Positions 18,145 to 28,595 of a DNA stretch of 64,000 nt are shown here, piece after piece. A program made the position numbers and the translations under genes. Positions within the stretch are counted from its first letter, which is position 1. Every line of letters starts with the position of its first letter. Origin of the DNA: Andalucia godoyi And28 (taxonomy: Eukaryota; Protista; Jakobida); assembly GCA_009859145.1 (NCBI GenBank), contig VRVR01000002.1, positions 62,001-126,000 of the forward strand, given 5' to 3'. Under the pieces are notes generated by a model. It ran no database searches. It was not told the origin of the DNA and saw nothing but the letters and a program-made list of their open reading frames with translations.

Positions 18145-20022
18145 TTATGTACAAGTGGAAATGGATGTGAGCCAAGAGAGAACGAGCGAATCGGCTGGGG
18201 ACTTTCGATTTTCCTTGACCCAAGCGTCCCAGTCATAGGACGCCCAGTTACCGTCGGCTGGAACTCGCAGTCGGCGCGCCAACTTGATCGATTTGTGAAG
18301 ATTCATGCCAAGTCTGTGATCAGACACCGCTGTGCCCATCACTAGGGCGCCGATCAAGATCCACGCCTCGGTGCCGTCTTCCAATTCGACGTGCACCAGC
18401 GTAAGCCGCAAATGGCGGTCCTGCGATCGGGACAAATGAACCACAACGCGTTGTCGCACAATGGACAACTTTCCGACATCGAACCAGTGTCGCGGCTTTT
18501 CCAAGTACGATCCTACACAGTAAATGTACTGGTTGAAAAGTTTTAGGTTCTGCGCAAAACACAGAAACTCTGCTTCCTCGGTTGCTGCAGCCGCCTTCTT
18601 CAATTCGACTCCCAGCACTGGTGCAAGTGAACGTGCGCAAAACAACGCCGTTTCACGCGCCATCGTCCAATTTCTCCACACCGTGGTCTTCGGAGCCTGC
18701 TGTGCAAAGCTGGACAGCGGGTCGTACACTTCCGCGCAGTCTCCGCAGACGAAGATGGAAGAATCTGCAGGCGACTGCGCAGATGCCATGGATGCCAGGA
18801 TTCCGCCGTTTGGTCCAATCGGCAGTCCGGCTTTCTTCGCCAGTCCAGTATTCGGCGTCACGCCCAGTGCATAAATCAAACAACCACAAGGTATTTCCGT
18901 GCCTTGCTTCGTGCGTAGCCTTGATGCCCAGTATCGATGCTGCACCCTGCGTGATGACGATTCCGCACTTCCGTCGACACTGGCTTCAGTTGCCGAGTCA
19001 CCAGAAAAATGAAAGTCTGCAGTTTCCAGTGGAGAAGCAAAGAGCATTTCTATTTCTTCGTTCCACATGATCTTCACTGCACCTTTTCGAAATCCGAGTG
19101 CTTCCTGTTTCAGGATGTCCTGTCCTTCTTCGTCCACCAGCGAGGCCCCAATTGCACCTCTCCGAACAATCATTATGATCTTGGTGTCTTTCCGTCCTTC
19201 AAGCATCGAGGATACCAAATCCAAAGCCAAGACTCCTCCACCGACGATGACGACTGGTCGATTCTCGGAAATCAGTGTAGACGGACTCTCGGAATTGAGA
19301 ATGGAAGCTAAGGACTCGACTTCTGCCCGATTTCTCACGCAAATTGCATTCATGATCGGCGCGGAAACCGATGGATGGACAGCAAGGTCAAACACCAAAG
19401 GACTCAGATCAACATGCTCAAGAATGAATGATGCATGATCCGAATTCTCCAGGCAAAGAGGCTCCACTATCACTCTTGGATGCAAAACACTGGGAATTCC
19501 CCCGGTGGCAAGCACCAGCAGATCATATCCAACGCAGTCCTGATCCAAGACATCCAGCGACGAAACTGTACTCATATCCCGCATCAGTCCTTGCTCGTCT
19601 TTTTGTCCTTTCGCGCTCCCATCGTTCGTCGTCCCCTTCGTCTCGCATTCATTCTCGCTTCCGACCAGTCTCTCTTGATGCGTCTCGGACCCATCCTCAC
19701 GCTTATCCATGACACACAACAACCGAGACACATCCAGCGGGTCTAGTATGAGCTGCTTGTCACCTCGAACAACGTGCGAGACTCGTCTTTCGATCTTCAA
19801 TGCTCTGATTTTTTCAAAATACGATGCATCTTTGAGACCATACGGAGCATCCTTCTCGGGGAACTTGAGCTTGAAGAAAATAGCAGGTCGATTCACAAAC
19901 TCTTCCGTCTGGTAAACCGTCAACTGATACGGCTCTCCTCCAGCCACAAGAGTGGCCGTCGACAACACATCCAGTAAACACATCGTCGCATATCCACCAC
20001 CAACAATCACCAGTCTTTTCAT
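18145..20022 (-). CDS. FAD-dependent pyridine nucleotide-disulphide oxidoreductase, PYROXD1-like
   Basis: VIVGGG, YDLLVLATGG, second VVIVGGGVLALD, YALGVTPN, IFVCGDCA, WTMARETA and CFAQNLKLFNQ; the last two resemble PYROXD1 C-terminal motifs. Confidence 0.7.
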   Translation of the reverse strand: MKRLVIVGGGYATMCLLDVLSTATLVAGGEPYQLTVYQTEEFVNRPAIFFKLKFPEKDAPYGLKDASYFEKIRALKIERRVSHVVRGDKQLILDPLDVSRLLCVMDKREDGSETHQERLVGSENECETKGTTNDGSAKGQKDEQGLMRDMSTVSSLDVLDQDCVGYDLLVLATGGIPSVLHPRVIVEPLCLENSDHASFILEHVDLSPLVFDLAVHPSVSAPIMNAICVRNRAEVESLASILNSESPSTLISENRPVVIVGGGVLALDLVSSMLEGRKDTKIIMIVRRGAIGASLVDEEGQDILKQEALGFRKGAVKIMWNEEIEMLFASPLETADFHFSGDSATEASVDGSAESSSRRVQHRYWASRLRTKQGTEIPCGCLIYALGVTPNTGLAKKAGLPIGPNGGILASMASAQSPADSSIFVCGDCAEVYDPLSSFAQQAPKTTVWRNWTMARETALFCARSLAPVLGVELKKAAAATEEAEFLCFAQNLKLFNQYIYCVGSYLEKPRHWFDVGKLSIVRQRVVVHLSRSQDRHLRLTLVHVELEDGTEAWILIGALVMGTAVSDHRLGMNLHKSIKLARRLRVPADGNWASYDWDAWVKENRKSPADSLVLSWLTSISTCT

Positions 20023-20374
20023 TTCCGAGCCTATGCAAAAGAAATTTAATTTAATTTAATTTTAAAAAACCCCTTTCGCAACAAACCACAGAAACAGAAT
20101 CAAAACAAGAAGAAACCCGATATAAAAACAAGAAAAACACACGCGCACAATAAACCAAACAAAGAAGCACCGAAAAAGCATTCCAATTTTGTCGTAAACT
20201 GGAAAATACCTCCCACTGTAAAAATATGAAACCTTTTAGATCAAAAGCCAAGCGGGAGACAACCGGCTTAGGTAATTGAATGCATTTCGAAATATCAAAC
20301 TGGGACTAGAGAGTCATTGGGATAGAAGCCAGCGGGAACGAGCGAGCGACAGAGAGAGAAAGAAAGGGGAGGAA

Positions 20375-20653
20375 ATGAGGTTATGGAAATCGGTGTTTGT
20401 TCGAGATTCGGAAGAGTTGACGCGAGTTCTTCTGACCAAATCTCTGTATCGTTGTTTGCTTCGTCAGATTCAGCGAGTGTACAGTCCAACAGAAGCCGAG
20501 ACATGGTCGTCTGAAGTCCGGACGCTGTTCAAGAGCGCTAGAAAAGCTGGGTTGGATGGAAACGTTTCTACTCGCGAACAAACAAGTTGGATTTTCATCG
20601 CCGAAGAACGCCTGTCGTTTCTCGAGAAACAGCCGTCGTTTCACTCAATATAA
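20375..20653 (+). CDS. Small LYR-motif (Complex1_LYR) mitochondrial protein
   Basis: SLYRCLLR followed by EVRTLFK and FIAEERLSFL; 92 aa. Confidence 0.65.
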   Translation: MRLWKSVFVRDSEELTRVLLTKSLYRCLLRQIQRVYSPTEAETWSSEVRTLFKSARKAGLDGNVSTREQTSWIFIAEERLSFLEKQPSFHSI

Positions 20654-21339
20654 AGACAGTAATCCTGCCTATGTTCTTCATTCATCTCCTTCTGTCTCTC
20701 TGTCTGTGTCTCTGTCTCGCTGCTCCTCCGCCTGCTTGCCAGGTCTGCAGAGTACCGACCGAGGAACTCGTTCGTCGCTGCAGGTGGTTGTACTTTCGCA
20801 CCTCCTCTGTTTTTCAAGAACATTCATAAGGGCGCTTCCATAAAATTCAATACAGAAATTCCAGCAATTCCTCAAATCGGTCTTCTTTTTCTCTTTTCCT
20901 TTTTCCCTTTCTCCCGTTTCACCTTGGACTTCGTTGTGTCAAATAAAACATTGAATAAAGCACTGCTGCGTTCGTGTTTTTGATATTTCACCGTTTTTAT
21001 TTGGCACCACATCCTCCTCACACTTCGCCACACGTTGTCGGTTTGTCTGTTCCGTCGGTTTCATACTTGCACATTTTCAGAACCCGATGGTGCAGGTGAT
21101 GAAAGTTGCGCTCCGACAGCGGCTGCGCCATCCCGATCTGCACGATTGCCCTCCTGAGTTGGGTGAACGATTTGTCGTTCATCACGTGGCGCCGCGCACT
21201 CCTGCTAAACCACTGTGGCGACTAGGCAAAGTAATATAGTAAAATGGTAACAACAGATTGTACGAGTAAAAGAAATAACAAAATGAAAACAGAAAAGAAT
21301 CAGAGGAACTCGAAATAAAAAGAAGCAGTGAAAACCAGA

Positions 21340-21581
21340 CCGTTACATGACACATCACTTATCATCAACTGTCATGCACAACAGGTGTTGCGTCGTGCCC
21401 CGGGGGGTTGAGACACTGCGCCACAGTGAGCTGTCCATCTGACCGCCGGTGCGTGGGCCGCGATGCCAACGCCGCGATGAACATTCGTCAGTGCTGGCTC
21501 AGGCGACCGCGGTTCTTGTGTTGGAATCCACGCGATATTCCCAGTGCAAGCGAGCTGGAGTCTCGCGTGAGGCACTCATGA
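21340..21581 (+). pseudogene. Decayed Fanzor1/TnpB-like nuclease relic (Zn finger and RuvC-III end)
   Basis: Frame from 21408 reads GLRHCATVSCPSDRRCVGRDANAAMNIRQCWLRRPRFLC, the Cx4C...xRDxNAAxNI...RPxxL pattern of Fanzor1 C-termini. An upstream frame has TSLIINCH (possibly a degenerate TSxxCxxC). Confidence 0.65.
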
Positions 21582-21811
21582 ACGATTGAAAACGTCTGGT
21601 TCTGCCGGACATTTTTCACGCCTCTCGCTCCTGGAATCCCTTGCATTCATTTAAATGGGTGTGCTCCAAATAAACCTCAATTTGAGAAGAATTCTATTCC
21701 GCCCGACTGTTCATTCATTGCTGCTGCAGTTGTCTTCGCTGTCTCTCGCCGTTCTTGTGCAGAAGGGTCAAGAAGAGGAATAGATCTGAGAGAAGATAAG
21801 AAGAGGATCAG

Positions 21812-22768
21812 ATGGCACGATTAATGGATCAATATCCGATGCTACGAAACTCGTATGACCGGCTGGTGTCGAGGTTTCCTGTCGATCGGTGTGCGCGGAT
21901 TGCGTTGGAAGCAAACATTGGAGCTGGAAAGTCGACGTTTCTGAATCTGTTTGACCGGTTTGGAATGACTCATTTCCGGGTGATTCCCGAACCTATATCC
22001 CAGTGGACACGGCCTTCGAGACACAATCCGAGATGTGAGGAAGAGGAGTCACCGCTGTCCCTATTTTACAAGACACTTGGAAAGGATCCAATCAATGGTG
22101 TTTCCGGCGCATATTTCTTCCAGAATTATGCATTTGTTAGCAAATTCGTTGCGCATTCCGTGTATGCTCCCCAGTCTTCGCTTGTGTTGGAAAGATCTTT
22201 GTTTGGTGACTCGCGCGTGTTCTGGAGTCTGATGGTTGCCGATCACCATGTTTCGCAACTGGAGAAGGACGTGTATGATGCATGGTATTGCGCAATGATG
22301 AAAACACTTGACTATCGAGTCGATGGGTTTCTGTACTTGCGGACGCAGCCAGAAAAGTGTCTGGGTCGTGTAAGAAAGAGATCGCGGTCGGAGGAAGTAA
22401 GTATCAGCTTGGACTACCTGACGCGCATCGACCAGCGGCTGGAAGACTGGCTCATTCTCAAGAACCCTATTGATTACATCGCCACGGACTTTGGTGCACC
22501 AGCACACCACCCGATCCAGCCACCATTGCAGAACCCCGGAATGTACAGCTCCGGATACGGATATGGGATATCGAGTCCAATGGAAAGCTGCTCTGTCTGC
22601 GTGCTCGACGGAGGAGTCGAGTTTGAGCAAGACACGGACGCACAAGCTGCTATGTTGCAGCAAGTCTGCGACTTTCTGTACGATCTGCCAGTCCGAAGCG
22701 CTCCCGGCCCACCCCCATGCGCTCGCCTCCCATCCATGAACCTCAGTCACTCGGCCACCGCATTGTAG
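21812..22768 (+). CDS. Deoxynucleoside kinase (dCK/dGK/TK2 family)
   Basis: P-loop IALEANIGAGKST, IPEPISQW, ERSLFGD and lid YLRTQPEKCLGRVRKRSRSEE. Confidence 0.9.
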   Translation: MARLMDQYPMLRNSYDRLVSRFPVDRCARIALEANIGAGKSTFLNLFDRFGMTHFRVIPEPISQWTRPSRHNPRCEEEESPLSLFYKTLGKDPINGVSGAYFFQNYAFVSKFVAHSVYAPQSSLVLERSLFGDSRVFWSLMVADHHVSQLEKDVYDAWYCAMMKTLDYRVDGFLYLRTQPEKCLGRVRKRSRSEEVSISLDYLTRIDQRLEDWLILKNPIDYIATDFGAPAHHPIQPPLQNPGMYSSGYGYGISSPMESCSVCVLDGGVEFEQDTDAQAAMLQQVCDFLYDLPVRSAPGPPPCARLPSMNLSHSATAL

Positions 22769-22950
22769 CGCACGTACGCAGCTTTTCTGGTCACTCGTGC
22801 TCAAATGTCGAATGTGAGTCGTGTCCCCTTCATTTTCAATTCGCCCCTGCATTGTTTGGTTTCTCTCATTTTCCTTTTGTTTCCTGCGCTTCCCGCGTGC
22901 GCACACACACACACACATACAAATAGAGTGTGAATTCCAAGGACACGGAA

Positions 22951-23409
22951 ATGTCGACACTGTTTCCAATACTCGAGGAACTGGCGCTTGAGCTGCGCAG
23001 TGAAAAGCGGCTTGTTCCAGAAGTTGCACAGAAATTGTCGGTCCTGGTAGGCCAAAAGACGCTGCAGGATGCACTGACGATTGTGGATCAACGAAAGATG
23101 CAGAAGCAGATTGGGCGAACATCAGGAAGGGTAATCTACACGTGCCAAGGGACGCAGCAAAAGTCATATGTGACTCTGTCGGCTGGTTATTGCTCTTGTG
23201 TGTCGTTCTTGTATGAATCGGAACTGCGAAAGCAAAAGACGGCTTGCAAGCATATTGTGGCGTGTCTGATCGGGGATTCTGTGGGAATGGTGGAAACAGA
23301 TGTCATCGACGATCGCGATCTGGGAGAAGCTCTCTGGACTGCAATCCAAGCTCCAGAAGATGTTGCCAAACCGTATGCATCTTTGGGAAATGCGCATCCC
23401 AGACCGTGA
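22951..23409 (+). CDS. ZSWIM7: SWIM zinc-finger protein ZSWIM7/SWS1 (Shu complex, homologous recombination)
   Basis: ALTIVD, SGRVIY, YCSCVSF and CKHIVA (CxC...CKH SWIM) in a ~150 aa protein. Confidence 0.85.
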   Translation: MSTLFPILEELALELRSEKRLVPEVAQKLSVLVGQKTLQDALTIVDQRKMQKQIGRTSGRVIYTCQGTQQKSYVTLSAGYCSCVSFLYESELRKQKTACKHIVACLIGDSVGMVETDVIDDRDLGEALWTAIQAPEDVAKPYASLGNAHPRP

Positions 23410-23712
23410 GTCGATGCACTCCACCATGGTCTTTCCATCTGGGTTGTTGCTGTACATAGAAGAGAGAAGGGAGCGGGGGGGGGCGGGAAAGGCACGCCGG
23501 CGTGTGATCTATAAATCAGAAGTGTTATTATTTATTTTATTTTTATCATGTATTGTCTAAATGAATCGCGAATGGCTGATGACCGACGGAGCCATAAATG
23601 TGCAAGTGATTCTTCCACAAGTCTATTTTGAAACATAAATGCATCCATCCACGAGAATCTTCCAATTGAGAGGAGGAGGAGAAGGAGGGGCAACGGCACG
23701 GTCGTGTTACTC

Positions 23713-26523
23713 CTACCGTCTGGAGAGGTACATGTTGAGAGCCCGCATTCCAAACACGATCTCGCACTGCTTCCTCTGCTCGATACAAAGGAGGTTGATG
23801 TGCACCTTCTCCTGCGGTCGAAGATGCAATCCGAGGTTTGTAAAGTCTGCAGGCTCGATTTTCTGGGGAGAACAGACGACCTTCTTGATGTAGGTCTTCA
23901 AATTTCGATTCAACAAAGCATTGACTTGCGAGTATTCATAGTCTTCGTGAACCATTCCGTACAACCGCGATACATACGATCGAATTGCATAGCGGAATGC
24001 AGTCGTATCGACATCCATCGTCGATGAGAACGTGCGATCCGTCAGATTCCACATGACTTCAAACTCGTGGTCCAGCAATGGCGCAGAAGTTGCGTAGTAC
24101 CGATCCAACAACCCGTACGCTGTCTCTTCCCAGTTGGAATCGTGCGTGAAAATCGGCGCATATTCTTTCCCCTTTTCGAAATCCTCGTATTCAAGAACAT
24201 ATATGTTGCCCAAATAACCTCGAAAATACGCATCCTTCGAGGAGGAGGACGACAAGAACGACGACGACGGTGGTTGATGTGCTTGTTGATCCGTAATGGC
24301 TTGGTCAGCGGATGTCGACGTCGCGGAAGTGGGCGGCACGGTCGGGAACGACGTGAGTCGAATGTCCGAGTCCACATCGGCAGCCGAGTCTCTTGCAGAG
24401 GATGGGGCCGGAACTGCAGGAGACTGCTTGCCGTCGAGAGGCGCAGAAGCGACTGCATATCCGCCAGTGCTACTGCTCAGCTGCGCAATAACACGCATGG
24501 TTTCTTCGGCATCGTTGGACTCTGCAATGTTTGCGGACAAATCTTCGTCGGCACTCTCGAAATCATCGTCGATCTCGGGGGCAACTGCGCAGCCAAAGAC
24601 AAACCCCGCGAGCGAATGGAACGTTGCAAGAATAACGGTTGCATGCACAAACTCGGCGACAGACCAAGCACTCTGGCTCTGACCACGGCAAAGCGCTTCA
24701 ATGTGCTGCGGAGTTATCCGCCATGGTTGGTGGGCAAGGAGGGCATTGTACTGCAGCAAGGCCTGTAGCTTGCGCGGAATTGGAGAGTTGTTGTTGAAAC
24801 TGCCTGAATGGGCCATTGCAGATGCGCTGTTGAGCGCCGCGCTGAATCCAGAAGCGTTCGAAACATTATTGTTCGAAGACGTCGGTGTCGCAGCAGCTGA
24901 TGCAAAAGGCGAGTTGGTGGCAGTTGCAGAGGGCGACACCACACTGGATTGCTGATGCGCGCCGGAGGCATTTGCAGACGTTGATGAAGCCGTAGATAAC
25001 GACGAAGATGCAGAGGAAAACGCGGACGAGGACGTGGACGACGGAATAAGTGCGGATGCTGACGATGCAACTGCTGAAGATGATGTTGACGGAGTTGATA
25101 TTGATGATGATGAGGAGGAGGAAGAAGAGGAGGAGGAGGAGGTGGTGGTGGTGGTGGTGGTGGTGGTGGAGGAAGGACCCGAAAGACCGCTCCCGGCAGC
25201 TGTAGCAGGAAAAGAAGCTGCACTGGAGATGCTGCCGATTGGTTGAAGCCATGCAGGATCGCCTCCGGCTCTTAAGAACTCCGCTTCTTGCCACCGAGTG
25301 AGGTATTCACAGTTGTGGCATGCTGCTGCCATAAGAGCAATGTACGCCCTCCAATCCAGCGGCAGTGGTCCGTCTTCTCGCATCACATGGGAATACGCAG
25401 CGTAGAAGAGCGACGAAAACGACGGAAAGAATGACATGACTCGAAACAAGTGAAGGACTCGACCAAAATCTAAAAACAACGCCTGAAAGATCACCGTTGT
25501 TGACGAAATCTCGTTGCAGTCCACAGGAGGCATGTTGGACAATGGAATAAAGTATGACACAGCCGCAGGTCGCGAAAGACACAATCCTCGCGACTCTTCG
25601 ACGTATCGAACCACATCGCTGAACGCATTTCGGATGTCCGCAAACGGCGCCTCAAACGCAAGTCGGGAAAGTGTTGGGAACAGCGCAGACAGCGCAGCAA
25701 GCCTCTCGTCATCTGCATCGCGCACAATTCTCTTCAGCTCCGTGGTAATCGCACGAACCGCAACGCGCCTGGCATTGCGATCAGGGTCCAGGATCGCCCT
25801 GAACAGTGCGGAAGGCTGGGCCTGGTTTTGCGACGAAGACTCGTAAAACACATTGTCCGCAACCTGAGACAACGACGACGACGAACTCGAGGCAGACACT
25901 GCAATCTTCATCTTTTGCCCCCCTTTTCTGTGTGAATGCGACAAGTGCGAATGCAACGTTCGTGGGCCGCCGGATCCCGCCGAAGAGTCACTTGTTCCAG
26001 ATCCACTTCGGCTCCGAGATATCCGTGCTTGTGGGCCTTGATTTGAGCCAAACCTTCGCTGATGATGTTGCGGATTCGACAGCGATCCGTGCTCCAACCC
26101 CTCTCCAATGTCCCCCTCGTTCTCACTCCCGTCGCCGTGATCATGATCATCCCGAACTCCGCCACCATTACTGCTACTGTTGTCCTCGCTATCGTCATGG
26201 TACCCAATTTCTGCAAAATCAGCTTCGTCAAACTCAAAGTTTCCTGTTTTTGCACTGTTACGCAGCGCTGTCTGAGCAGCATTCAGCGATCCGCGGCTTG
26301 ACACATCTGCATCCAATTCATTTTCAAGAGAGAAGCGAGAAAAGAAGCGCGAAACGAGGTTCTGAACATTGGTCGTCGATGCATCCTCTGCTAATGGCCC
26401 ATCTGCTCTGTACTCGGACCAAATCGGAGATCCAGAAACACGACTGGACGGAACCATCATGTCGTCATCTGCGGAATACACTCCAAAGGGATCGTCATTC
26501 GAATGGCCCGATTCGTTGGACAT
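23713..26523 (-). CDS. SESN: Sestrin with long Ser/Thr low-complexity insertions
   Basis: DGPLPLDWRAYIALMAAACHNCEYL, LAHQPWRITPQHI, WSVAEFVHA, WEETAYGL, YEYSQVNALL and EKVHINLL. Confidence 0.92.
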   Translation of the reverse strand: MSNESGHSNDDPFGVYSADDDMMVPSSRVSGSPIWSEYRADGPLAEDASTTNVQNLVSRFFSRFSLENELDADVSSRGSLNAAQTALRNSAKTGNFEFDEADFAEIGYHDDSEDNSSSNGGGVRDDHDHGDGSENEGDIGEGLEHGSLSNPQHHQRRFGSNQGPQARISRSRSGSGTSDSSAGSGGPRTLHSHLSHSHRKGGQKMKIAVSASSSSSSLSQVADNVFYESSSQNQAQPSALFRAILDPDRNARRVAVRAITTELKRIVRDADDERLAALSALFPTLSRLAFEAPFADIRNAFSDVVRYVEESRGLCLSRPAAVSYFIPLSNMPPVDCNEISSTTVIFQALFLDFGRVLHLFRVMSFFPSFSSLFYAAYSHVMREDGPLPLDWRAYIALMAAACHNCEYLTRWQEAEFLRAGGDPAWLQPIGSISSAASFPATAAGSGLSGPSSTTTTTTTTTSSSSSSSSSSSSSISTPSTSSSAVASSASALIPSSTSSSAFSSASSSLSTASSTSANASGAHQQSSVVSPSATATNSPFASAAATPTSSNNNVSNASGFSAALNSASAMAHSGSFNNNSPIPRKLQALLQYNALLAHQPWRITPQHIEALCRGQSQSAWSVAEFVHATVILATFHSLAGFVFGCAVAPEIDDDFESADEDLSANIAESNDAEETMRVIAQLSSSTGGYAVASAPLDGKQSPAVPAPSSARDSAADVDSDIRLTSFPTVPPTSATSTSADQAITDQQAHQPPSSSFLSSSSSKDAYFRGYLGNIYVLEYEDFEKGKEYAPIFTHDSNWEETAYGLLDRYYATSAPLLDHEFEVMWNLTDRTFSSTMDVDTTAFRYAIRSYVSRLYGMVHEDYEYSQVNALLNRNLKTYIKKVVCSPQKIEPADFTNLGLHLRPQEKVHINLLCIEQRKQCEIVFGMRALNMYLSRR

Positions 26524-26706
26524 GCTGTCGTCGGCTTGGCGCGGCTATCTTCTCGACTCTTGGCTATTCAGCGTGGATTGTCCCTTTTGTGTCGGTATGT
26601 AACCCAATGAAAAACGAACCCTTTTAGTCCAATCAAGAAGAAGAAGAAACCAGAACGACGGGACGGTGGGAAGAAAATATCGCAGAAGAATTTCGCCTTC
26701 AGAGGG

Positions 26707-26708
<2 letters not shown>

Positions 26709-26742
<34 letters not shown>
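26709..26742. repeat. (GT)n microsatellite upstream of sestrin
   Basis: Directly visible. Confidence 0.95.
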
Positions 26743-26743
<1 letters not shown>

Positions 26744-27189
26744 GCAGTGCAGTTCAGACAAACAAAATAAAGTGATGGGATTCTTGAATGGATGAATGAA
26801 GAAAGAAAGAAAAAGAAAAGAAAAGTGAGAAAAAGAAAGAAATACAATAATGAATCGTAATTGACTCGCATCGGAGTTTGGGAAGGGCTGCTAATAGAAG
26901 CTGAATGACAACTTGCGAGATTGACGGGGGGGCATTTGACGGTCATCAGGCACGGGGAACAATGGCTCGCAGAATCGACATTGGAGTTGGTGAAATGGGG
27001 AGAAATCCCGCGACTGACAATTGTCCCGCCGTTGGATGACAGAGCGCCAAAACTGTCCTTTTCAAATTTCTAAAACCAAGCACATTTTCCTTCTGGATGG
27101 TTTTCAAGTTTGTTTATTTAGTTTATATTTTAATTTTAATTGTACATTCTCGCATTTTTCAAAAACGAAGAAATATATTTGTACTATCT

Positions 27190-27930
<741 letters not shown>

Positions 27931-28595
27931 ACATCACGCAGAACTAAGATGTTATAACAGCTGTCCCGGCTCTGCAAACAGTCCAAATTTCAAAAAAGCA
28001 GATCGAACTTCGTTCTCCGCGTTCTTGCGTGTCAAACCCCCCATCGCGCCCACAAACAAATCAAAAAAAAGGGGGGGGGGGGGGGAACACACTGGAGGTG
28101 GCAGAAACTCGCTTAGAACTCATCCGGCTAACATTCCTTTGCGAATGACCATTTTCACGCAGAATACATTTATCCGTGACTCAAGATTTGCTCCACGAGA
28201 CGCTCCTTTTAAAATGAATTCTTCCCATGTCTTCCTCAATCCGCATTCTCCGCAACAAAGAAAACATACCACCCAGTTGAATTTCTCCGTCTCAATTGGC
28301 AAGCAAGAAAGTCAGAAAGAAGAATACTCTGCAAGTCGTCCAAGACACGCGACCGCAAAAGGGAAATATACCTCAAATGACGTCAACAAGAGTCCAAAAG
28401 GAACCCCACGTGGCAAAAGACTCCAAAAATGCATGATTATGAGTCTTTTTGGACGTGCCTTTCTTTCCTTATTTTGGAGTCCTTCTTTTGTTTTCTATTG
28501 AATCTTTTATTGTTATTTTCGTTATTTCTTTATCTTTTTTATATATTTTTTTGGTGTGCGTGTGTGTGCGTGTGTGTGTGTGTTTCCACCATCTT

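Noticed and set aside
21096-21157. C/D-like boxes GTGATGA...CTGA with 8-nt complementarity to 18S GAGGGCAA
   Set aside because: The guide is too short, the terminal stem is displaced from box C, there is no convincing C'/D', and the region is better explained as part of the Fanzor relic.
20996-21674. 9-bp inverted repeat TTTATTTGG / CCAAATAAA flanking the Fanzor1-like relic as possible TIRs with a TA duplication
   Set aside because: A 9-bp AT-rich match across ~700 bp is expected by chance and does not extend; it needs other copies to test.
21812-22768. Idea that the deoxynucleoside kinase and neighbouring Fanzor relic are an integrated giant-virus fragment
   Set aside because: No viral hallmark genes or compositional shift are present, and the neighbours are ordinary eukaryotic genes; only a phylogeny of the kinase could revive this.
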